64,000 bases of DNA from Macrostomum lignano (lineage: Eukaryota), in assembly GCA_002269645.1 (NCBI GenBank), contig NIVC01000252.1, positions 22,789-86,788 of the forward strand. Direction: 5' to 3'. A program made the position numbers and the translations under genes. The notes below the pieces were generated by a model. That model made no database searches. It saw nothing but the letters and a program-made list of their open reading frames with translations, and was not told where the DNA came from. Every line of letters starts with the position of its first letter. Position 1 is the stretch's first letter. Below are positions 1 through 8,465 of the stretch, in pieces.

Positions 1-185
1 AAACTCGACTTAACATTTTTGTTAAGTTTTAATGAACTAAAACAGATTAATTCAATTGCTGACAAAAAACAAAATAATTTCTTCCTATCCTACTAATTTT
101 GTTTTATTTAACGACAACCAAAAACTTTGTTTCTAAGAAATAAAAAAATGGCTTCCATTTAAAAATCTTGATAAGTAAACATAAA

Positions 186-1161
186 TGAAGTAGTTGTGGT
201 TGTCTCGGGGTGGCCTGGTAGGTCTTTGACTCCCACCGCTGCCACCAGTGAAGTACTTATGGTTGTCTCGGGGTTTCTCCTGCTGTCCAGCGCAGTGACT
301 TGGGCTCTCCGTCTTCTCACTCGGAAGCCTTCTTAACTCTTAGTAGCGTAGGTAGTGCTGCCACCAGTTCCTTCAGGTCTCGGCCTTCGATGAGGTGAGC
401 TTCTTGTCGGAACGAAATAACGAAGTCAACAAACTCAGCACCAGGTGCAGATTTGCAGTTCAACGTGCAAGGCGTCTCGTCAGCAGCACCTGCCGGGCTT
501 GGTTGGTATGGGAGGGCTGAGTTAGCCTCTCGTAGGCTTGAGGTTTGCTTTAGTAGGGTCTCAGTCAGACCAGCACAAGCAGATTTAGTGTACTCAAAAA
601 GGGGACTTAGTTTAGTCAATAACGCACGCGGGCTCTTAGAAGTTTAGAGGCAAGCAAGGACTCCGGCAAAGACTCCTTAGCGGAAACAAGGAGGAGAGGG
701 GTCCTATTTATAGCCAGGATTCTCCCGCGCACAAGACCTCGTGACTTGTTCTATTTTTAGAACTGACGTCACTTGAGGTCTCCGGCCAGAGTACACGCGG
801 CTGTGACTCAGTTGCTATTTTTAGCAACATGAGTCACTCTCTCCTTAGAGAAGGGAGGGGTCCGAAAGCACGTGATTCTCCCGGTAAACAGGGCCAACGA
901 GTGCAGTAAACATGTTTACTGCACTTTAAGACTCCAAGAACGCAAGGAAAACGGAAAACGGGACAGGAACGAAACAGAGACAGCCTGCAGCAGAGAAGCT
1001 GAGGGCTGAGAACAGAGACGCAGAAGGGCAGAACAGGCCAAGGGCAGCAACATACGGCCAGGGGGCGGGAAGCTGACCAGCGGCAGACAGCAACCCAGGG
1101 CGGGGGCGAGGGGACTGCTGACAAAGGGGGACGCCAAACACTAAACTAGCGGCTCACTACA
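186..1161 (-). mobile_element. LTR-retrotransposon relic (one LTR, a PBS and a short second LTR-end stub)
   Basis: Minus strand starts TGTAGT (1161) and ends ACTTCA (186). 4-bp TSD TAAA at 182-185 and 1162-1165. TATA-like TATAAATAG near 705-713. tRNA-Leu PBS at 231-247. Confidence 0.6.
231..247 (-). promoter_or_regulatory. Primer-binding site complementary to the tRNA-Leu 3' end
   Basis: The + strand reads TCCCACCGCTGCCACCA, the 3' 17 nt (including CCA) of eukaryotic tRNA-Leu as recalled; it lies 1 nt from an LTR end (...ACTTCA). Confidence 0.7.
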
Positions 1162-1326
1162 TAAATAAACTTCAGTAAAATTTCATCCACTTTATTAGAG
1201 AGCCACTGCTTATTCCCAATATTTTAAACATTTTCCATTCCCTGGGGAATTGTATAAAGTCCAAGGGCATAATGGTTGTGAAAGCACACCAGCAAGTCAA
1301 AATCCGACCCTCCTTCATCCTTTCAG

Positions 1327-1757
1327 CTGGCCATCCATCACGGAGCCCGAGTTTTGTGCGTGAACCTCGCCAAGCCGGGCCCGCCCCAGCAGCAGCAGCA
1401 GCAACAGAAACAGAAACACCAAAAGTCCGAAAGCAGCCGCAGGAAGCAACAAAGACTGGATGAAGACTATCCTATGCAAGCACCTGCTGCGGGACTTCGC
1501 TCGCCGAGTTCCACCAACCAGCAGCAGGCGAACAACGCGGGCAGTCCGACCACCTCACTGGCCTCAACCAGGCGGGGGGGCTGTCCGCTGTTGACTCAGC
1601 CGCTCCACTTTCAAACCTTCAACTCGCAAGATGCGCATCATTGCCATCAGCAGCAGCATCAAGAAGCTTCGGGACCTTCAATCAGCGGCTTCAGTGGCAT
1701 GGGCGGCGGCGGCGGCTACGCAGAGGTTGATGAAATGATGCTGCAGTGCCTTCCGAG
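1327..1757 (+). CDS. Nicotinic acetylcholine receptor-like (Cys-loop) subunit, penultimate exon, TM3-TM4 cytoplasmic loop
   Basis: Acceptor tttcag at 1326, open frame LAIHHGARVLCVNLAKPGPPQQQQ..., donor AG|GT at 1757/1758 (phase 2) joins in frame to the exon at 2350. Confidence 0.7.
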
Positions 1758-1825
1758 GTGACAACTGATCGCACTTATGATCGTTTTGATCGCAATCAAA
1801 GCTTAAAATCTTCGAAGTATCAATA

Positions 1826-2250
1826 AAGTCTCATCCAGTCTCACCCGATTCTCATCCAAATCTCATCAGAATCTTACTCAGTCTCACCCAAAAAATCACC
1901 AAGTCTCACCCGAATCTCACACAGTCTCACCCAAATCCTACCGCAGTCCCACCCGAATCTCACCGAGTCTCACCCGAAAATCATTTAGTCTCACCCGAAT
2001 CTCACCTAGTCTCACTCGAATCTCACTCGAATCTCACCTAGTCTCACCCGAATCTCACTCGAATCTCACCTAGTCTCACCCGAATATCATTTAGTCTCAC
2101 CCAAATCTCACCCAGTCTCACCCGAATCTCACCCAGTCTCACCCGAATCTCACCCAGTCTCACCCGAATCTCACCCAGTCTCACCCGAATATCATTTAGT
2201 CTCACCCGAATCTCACCCAGTCTCACCCAAATCTCACTCAAATCTCACCT
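1826..2250. repeat. Intronic minisatellite, ~21-bp unit AGTCTCACCCGAATCTCACCC
   Basis: Direct tandem copies visible; explains the spurious ORF 2044-2241. Confidence 0.9.
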
Positions 2251-2349
2251 AATATTTTCTTAAGTCTCGTTTAATTTCGCGTCAAGTTTTAATTGACTAT
2301 CAATCTCATTCATTTCAATCGCAGTTTTTGTTTAATAAACCTTCATCAG

Positions 2350-2740
2350 GCAGCTGCTTCGGCAGCAGCAGCAACACCAGCAGCTTCTTCGGCAACAGCA
2401 GCAGCAATACAGGCAGCAGCATCGCCATTCTCGCGGCAGCAGCAGTGCAGACCTCTTTCCTGTCGCTGTACTTGACGCCATAACCAGACGCCGAATCAAC
2501 TTACTGACAAAGGATGTGCAGGACATTGTCAAGGCGTTGCGGTACATCCAGCGGCTCCATGACAACCGCGAGAGGGTGAACAAGATTGTGCAGGAATGGC
2601 GCAATGTTGGTCTGGTGCTGGACCGGCTGTTCTTCCTGATCTACTTCGTCATCATTGCTGTTTCTTCTGTTGGCTTTTTCAGCTCGGAAGATTACGTTGA
2701 CACCACTATATTGCCTAACACAAATAACTCTGCGACTTAA
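2350..2740 (+). CDS. Nicotinic acetylcholine receptor-like subunit, last exon (MA helix and TM4)
   Basis: Acceptor catcag at 2349. Translation ...DVQDIVKALRYIQRLHDNRERVNKIVQEWRNVGLVLDRLFFLIYFVIIAVSSVGFF...* carries the EWxxVxxVLDRLF motif of nAChR MA/TM4. Confidence 0.85.
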
Positions 2741-3275
2741 ACAGACTGATCGTGACAGATTTTTAATTTTGAAGTTGCTCTCAGATGGACAACTGCTTAG
2801 TCATGCGATTTTTTTGACAATTTTTACGTTATAGAGTGATTGGAAATTTTGACTAATTTAAAGCTCTGCAACTCGAAACATATTTGACTCACTTTTCGTC
2901 TTCTGCTACCTCTCCTCTCTCCTCTCTTCCCTCCTCTTTCCTCTCCTCTCTCCAATCTCACAAGTTTTTAACTTTAACTTTTAATTTTAACTTTCTCCAA
3001 ATCTCTCGATTTAGGAATCAATTTAGTCTTTTTTAATAGTTAGCTTCCTTTGCTTATATCAACATTGAATTAGTATTTGTCTCGGTAAATATTAAACGAA
3101 ATTTCATATTTAGTTCTTTTTTATTACAATTACTAGTCACAGATAAATTGCGTAAATTTTTAGAAATATTTATACTGTTTGACTCTCATGCAATTTTACA
3201 AAAAACTATAGCATGTAGTTATATTTTGATTTCACCTGCTCCCAATTTCAACGGAGTGCGCGCATCTCTGTAAAT

Positions 3276-4047
3276 TAGGGATGTCGATTCCCCGGGGAAT
3301 TTTCTTATCAGGGACCCCGGGGAATTTACTGTCATCCCCCGGCGACCCCCCGGGGACCCCGGGGAAAAGAAAAAAATAAGTAAAAAACGGCGGATAACTT
3401 AGATCTTAAGTGGCATTTTTTACTTTGATTTAAGGTTAGGACTACATGTTCAAGGCGCAAACCGCTCAAGGGTAAAAAGTCAAAACTTTAGACAATATTT
3501 ATTTAAAAAATCTGCATTTGACAACCTGTGGCATCACATCACCAAATCGTGCACGAACCTTTGTTAAAAAGAGTTCAGTCAGACTCCGGAGTCTCATTAA
3601 TGAATGAGACTGTTTTTATAGTTGGAATTTTTATTTCTTGCAGATAAATCACCGTTTTGTCCTTGTCTAATAAGGAGTATTTTGTTATTGTATAACACCC
3701 CTGACCCCCCCATGCGTCAGGTCAGTGACTGATGCAGGACTAGGCCTAGCACAGTAGTCGGTAAAGCTTCTTTTTCCTGACGGGTTTCTATGCTGATTGA
3801 AGACTCCTAGTGAAAAAACATTCAAACATGGGTTGTGTTTGAAATAATACATTGAAATAAGCAGTTATATGCAGTAAAAAAGCATAGACAGAGTTTCAAT
3901 AAGCTTTCTGTGAATCATTTTCATATTTAAATGGCAAAAATTAAGTTACAAATGATCTATCACGGCGCATTTTTTTTCTTCCCGGGGTCCCCGGTCCAAT
4001 TCCCCGGGGAGTAATCCCCGACAAGCTCCCTTGGGTCGACATCCCTA
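3276..4047. mobile_element. Non-autonomous hAT-type DNA transposon (MITE), 772 bp
   Basis: 12-bp TIR TAGGGATGTCGA/TCGACATCCCTA; perfect 8-bp TSD CTGTAAAT (3268-3275, 4048-4055); several subterminal CCCCGGGG repeats. Confidence 0.9.
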
Positions 4048-4683
4048 CTGTAAATCAAACCAGATAATATTGCATAAGATTAAGTTGACCCTCAAAAATT
4101 CTTTTTTGTATTTATTTAAATCGCTAAAAAAATCCTATATAGGTAACTTTTAGAAAGCGATGAAACATCCTTTATTTTATTTTTGAAACTGTATTATTTC
4201 TTAGAAACAAAAAGTCGGTACTGTTGTTGTATTTGAATTCAAACGGCTGTAATGGCACTGTCATGTTTATTAAAAACGTATTTTTTCTTTTAATTAAGAT
4301 GATAATTTAAGCAATTTAAGTTGTTCATTCATTAATTATTTGTATTGCGATTCTGCTTTTTACGACAGTTAAAAAATGTGTTAAAAATTCCATCTTAGAA
4401 AATAATAAGTATAATTTGGGTACATTAATATACAATTATCAATTGCAAACATGACGAAATTTTACTGCAAAAATGTATATTTGCAGCAAAGAAATTTTCT
4501 GATTTTTTCGATACTCCAACTTGTTGCATCTTTGAAATTGCTAAACCAGAAAATTTCTTTTGAAATATTACAATCATGTTTGTTTGTTTTACGTGTTAAA
4601 AAACTCTTACTTACAATGTATTCGACTAATTAAATTTATTTACAGCTGTATAAATTCTCCCACGCATCATAAGGAAAGTAAAA

Positions 4684-5206
4684 TGTGACGTTGGTGGTTC
4701 TTTTATTCTCCCAGTTCGTTGATTAATATCTACTAAAAAGTATTTAATATGTACTTTATTTATATCAATTGGTTTCACTTTTATGTTTATTGAAAATAGT
4801 AAGCAATGCTTTGTTTTACTGCATTAAATAGTTATATTTAACATTTTGAATTCTGTGGCTTCGGAGAAGACTGAGCGTGGTGTGCGGCTGCTGTTCCTAT
4901 CGCCAGTCATTTGATTTTAGTAAACACTGATTGATTTTAGTAAACACTGAAAAAACAGTAGTTCAAGATCGCTCTCAATTTAGTAGTGTTACCCACTAAG
5001 GTCATCTTCGAAGCCATTCCATTGACACTGCAATTGTTCGTTACCAGTTAGCATCAGCAATAACCACTACATGTGTAACCTGCAAATATACATAATCCGT
5101 AATCGAATTATCGGCGCCGTCAGTTATCGTCACCACTAACTGTGTGTTTACTCACTACTTTAATAGCAGCCCGTCAGCACGCGAACTCGGACCAGATATC
5201 GTCACA
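4684..5206 (+). repeat. 5' LTR of element 1
   Basis: TGTGACG...CGTCACA; matches 12879-13401; contains an internal 20-bp tandem duplication TTGATTTTAGTAAACACTGA. Confidence 0.95.
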
Positions 5207-5212
5207 TAATTT

Positions 5213-5229
5213 TGGAGGTCCCACCGAGA
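5213..5229 (+). promoter_or_regulatory. PBS of element 1 (tRNA-Gln)
   Basis: TGGAGGTCCCACCGAGA, complementary to the tRNA-Gln 3' end, 6 nt downstream of the 5' LTR. Confidence 0.85.
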
Positions 5230-5975
5230 CGGGCTGCTACTTACCGTTCGGTTTGAACACCAAACAAGTCAACAACAAGCCCGGGCTATCCAGGCGGCAG
5301 CCAAGAAGTGAATATTGGAATTGTCATAAAATTCTTATCGTGAGTCATAACCCTAGCCCAGCCAGCCAGCGTGTACAATTGCAACACAAGCCCAACCAAG
5401 CTGTACATTGCTTATCGCATTCTGTGGCTAATTGGCTACTCCGAGCGCCGCAAATAATTGTGCCCAACGGAATCAGTGCAATCTTAGTCAGCCTACACTG
5501 TCCTTTAACGCGAGTGGATCCAGTGCAAGCGCAGCCAACCCACCCCAAGGACAATTAATCTACGCGGCCTGCACTCTGCCTAGCTCAACAGTAATTGGCC
5601 ACAGCTGCCAGCCTCGGCCTACACCAGTCCCAATTGACCCTTGGCGCGTCAACAGAGCTGCTTCTGCGTGTTAGCAACAGCTTGGAACGAACTGCTGGTT
5701 ACGTCTAACTGGCCGGACAACTGCGACTACACACCAGCGGTCAGCCAATCTGTGTGCGTGTGGTGAGTCTGTTTGCCTGTTTAAAAATAGAGGTAGTCCC
5801 AGGTTGACGGGTTTAGATAGCGTTTGTGTCTGTGTCAGGGTTAGATTAGATCCCGCCAACTGCTGTCTGGGTTGCTTTCCCCTTTGCTTCTTTTCCTGCT
5901 TGCACCTGTTCGGTTGGTCGTCCCGATCATTGCTGGTGCAAAAAACTCGGCTTGGCGAGGTGATTAGGCTCTGGA

Positions 5976-8465
5976 ATGTCTAATAACGAGGATGGAGTGG
6001 TAGCCAATGTGGCTGGTCTTGAAGATGGTGGCTCTGTTAATAATGATGCTGGTGGAGCAAATGCTCAAGAATCTGAAAATGGAGCATCAGCTGCTGGTGG
6101 AGCTAATGCTCATGAATCTGAAAATGGAGCATCAGCTGCTGTTGGTTCGGCTGAAGCAGCGTTGCTCCCCGCTACTATGCAGAATTTCTTAGAAAGCTTC
6201 TCCCAGGTATTGGCCAATAGCTTAAATCGTGCATCAAATCCAACGGCACCATCGACCTCACCAAGAGCGTCTGAGGGCAGTGGTAATGTCCGCCTCCGAC
6301 CCCCACAACCCTACATGCCGAAAATGAGATTCGACTTGTGGCAAACGCAATTTCGCACTTACGTGGAGGCGCACAAAATTCCCAAGGAGCAGCAGTCAGC
6401 CATTTTGCTGTCCCTTTTATCGCCTGAATGCCAGGAGTATTGCTTTCACAACCAGTTGCATAAGCAAGATGCTGAGGTCGCACTAAAAGCATTGGACCTG
6501 CGCTACACGGATGTTTCGGAGAAGGACAAAAGTTATCTGGAACTAGCAAGTGCTCAGCAACATGATGCTGAAGATGTCCAAGAATACTTTGATCGACTAA
6601 TAAGACTTTCACATGCTGCTAACTTGTCTCTCAAAGAGTCTGAGCCACTGGTCCGGGCCCGGTTCTGCCATGGGCTGCTAGATAGAAGCTTGGCCGAAAA
6701 GCTGCTGCTGGCCAGTCGGGAAGATCCTTCGCTATCCTCTGTTGACCTGGCCAAGAAGGCCAGGGAGATTACAGGTGTCCGACAGCTCTTGAACCCTGGG
6801 CAGTCGGCGCTGGCTAAAGTCCGTTCTGTGGGTCCAGACAAGACTGCGGAGCTTGAAGCAAGGGTTAAAGAACTGGAAAAACTACTGGTGGAGCAGTCTA
6901 ACCAAACATCAGTCAGGGCGTCTCAAAATGAAGTGCCAGTGGTTAGCGGGGTAGGCAATCCAAAGCAGACTCGAGTTGCACAATCATCGCCGCCCCATCA
7001 ATTGGCATATGGCAAGGGAGCTCAGTTTAGCAGCCGACCGCCTAGAGCATGCTATCGATGCGGGTTAACAGATCATCTGGTCGCAGATTGCCCTCATCCA
7101 CCACCGCTAAATCACAGGGGTCGCTCTGGAAGAGAGCCAGGGAAGCAAAGAGCTGAACTAGTGGAGACCGGGGTCATCACCCAGTGGTTTCAGTCACATG
7201 GGTTCATTCGGTCAGCGCTGATGGGAGACAATCTTTTTGTGCATGTCTCGCAGCTTGATCAAGAGCTTCGGGGCAGAGCGGCACCCCATCAAATTGTTGG
7301 TCTCCGGGTCAGGTTTCGTCGGGTGGCCGACAGTGCAAAACCTAGTGATCGGGCCTTAGACGTCTGCGAGTTGGCTTCGCCCCCGAATTGTGAGCAGTCC
7401 GCTGCGCAAGACACGGAGTTCCAGACCGATTCGAGTTATTTCGTGCAACTGGATGTCGGTGAGAGTCGAATCATTGCCTGCCTAGACTCTGGTGCCAACG
7501 CTAGTGTCATGGGAGTCCGAGTAAAGGATCAGCTAGTCGAGGCTGATCCCATTAACAACGTCTTCAAGCCGTCCACACAGCGACGCGCAGCTACCGCTTT
7601 CAATGGTACGTCAACTGAAATCTTAGGCACTTTGCGTTGCGAGGTTTCATTGGGAAAGCTGACCAGGACACAAGTCTTTTTAGTCATGGAAACAAGACTG
7701 TCTGATGTCTTGCTCGGTCTCGACTTTCTCAAGAGCTTCAGGGTCAACCTCTTAATTGCCGATGGTAAAGCTACAGTGGATGGAGAGGCCATTCCGATCA
7801 TTGAGGGTGACAGTAGTCTCTACCGCGTCAGGCGGGTGACATCAGCGTGTGACCTAGAAATGGCCCCCCGATCGGAAGCTATTGTCCCAAGTCGTGTCGC
7901 TGAAGCGGTCCCAGGGGCTCAAGGAGTCCTTGGACCGCGCCTTTTCCGTGGAGATGGGGAATGTCTGGTGGCCAGGTCCCTAGACAGTGTTAGTACAGGC
8001 CGCCATGTCCTGGTCCGTTTGCTTAACAGTGAAGATCAGACAATATCAATAAAAAGGGGGCAAGAAGTGGCCTCTTTTCAGGATGTAGGCGCTGATGAGG
8101 TTGTCACTCACACTCGGCTACATGAGCGTGATTTTTCGATCAATAACGCTGAAAGGTTGGGAAAACAGTTAGAAAAATTGCCTTACCCGGATAAAGCTAC
8201 TGCAGAGTGGCTCAAAGGGGAGTTTCGCCTGGGAAAATCAAATCTGACAACCCAACAACTGACAACAACTATAAAGTTGCTAAATTTCTTCCATAATCAA
8301 ATTTCAAAGTCCGACACCGATCTAGGAAAGACGTCGCTGACAGAGATGTCAATTGAGCTAAAAGACCAGACCTGTCGACCGTATTTCAGCCCTCTCGGAG
8401 GACCACACCGGCACAGAAGGAGTTCCTGGACAAGCACATCTCCAAGTTGCTGGATTGTGGCGTAA
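5976..8465 (+). CDS. gag: Gag (capsid, CCHC knuckle) - cold-shock domain - aspartic protease polyprotein; continues into pol after a -1 frame break near 8385
   Basis: 829-aa ORF; knuckle CYRCGLTDHLVADC at 7050-7091; CSD-like segment at 7164-7373; protease motif CLDSGANASVMG; RT N-terminal sequence starts before the frame break. Confidence 0.92.
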   Translation: MSNNEDGVVANVAGLEDGGSVNNDAGGANAQESENGASAAGGANAHESENGASAAVGSAEAALLPATMQNFLESFSQVLANSLNRASNPTAPSTSPRASEGSGNVRLRPPQPYMPKMRFDLWQTQFRTYVEAHKIPKEQQSAILLSLLSPECQEYCFHNQLHKQDAEVALKALDLRYTDVSEKDKSYLELASAQQHDAEDVQEYFDRLIRLSHAANLSLKESEPLVRARFCHGLLDRSLAEKLLLASREDPSLSSVDLAKKAREITGVRQLLNPGQSALAKVRSVGPDKTAELEARVKELEKLLVEQSNQTSVRASQNEVPVVSGVGNPKQTRVAQSSPPHQLAYGKGAQFSSRPPRACYRCGLTDHLVADCPHPPPLNHRGRSGREPGKQRAELVETGVITQWFQSHGFIRSALMGDNLFVHVSQLDQELRGRAAPHQIVGLRVRFRRVADSAKPSDRALDVCELASPPNCEQSAAQDTEFQTDSSYFVQLDVGESRIIACLDSGANASVMGVRVKDQLVEADPINNVFKPSTQRRAATAFNGTSTEILGTLRCEVSLGKLTRTQVFLVMETRLSDVLLGLDFLKSFRVNLLIADGKATVDGEAIPIIEGDSSLYRVRRVTSACDLEMAPRSEAIVPSRVAEAVPGAQGVLGPRLFRGDGECLVARSLDSVSTGRHVLVRLLNSEDQTISIKRGQEVASFQDVGADEVVTHTRLHERDFSINNAERLGKQLEKLPYPDKATAEWLKGEFRLGKSNLTTQQLTTTIKLLNFFHNQISKSDTDLGKTSLTEMSIELKDQTCRPYFSPLGGPHRHRRSSWTSTSPSCWIVA

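Noticed and set aside
317-647. Short ORFs of 64-100 aa on both strands
   Set aside because: Inside the LTR relic with no recognisable motifs.
5925-5955. Second PBS-like TGGTGCAAAAAACTCGG in the element 1 leader
   Set aside because: Only loose similarity to the tRNA-Phe complement and no clear adjacent LTR end.
6048-6140. 45-bp tandem duplication at the Gag N-terminus (GGANAQESENGASAA twice)
   Set aside because: Ordinary low-complexity variation in a disordered Gag leader.
8357-8465. Programmed -1 ribosomal frameshift
   Set aside because: No canonical slippery heptamer, and the site is downstream of the protease in the RT N-terminus; a single missing T is simpler.
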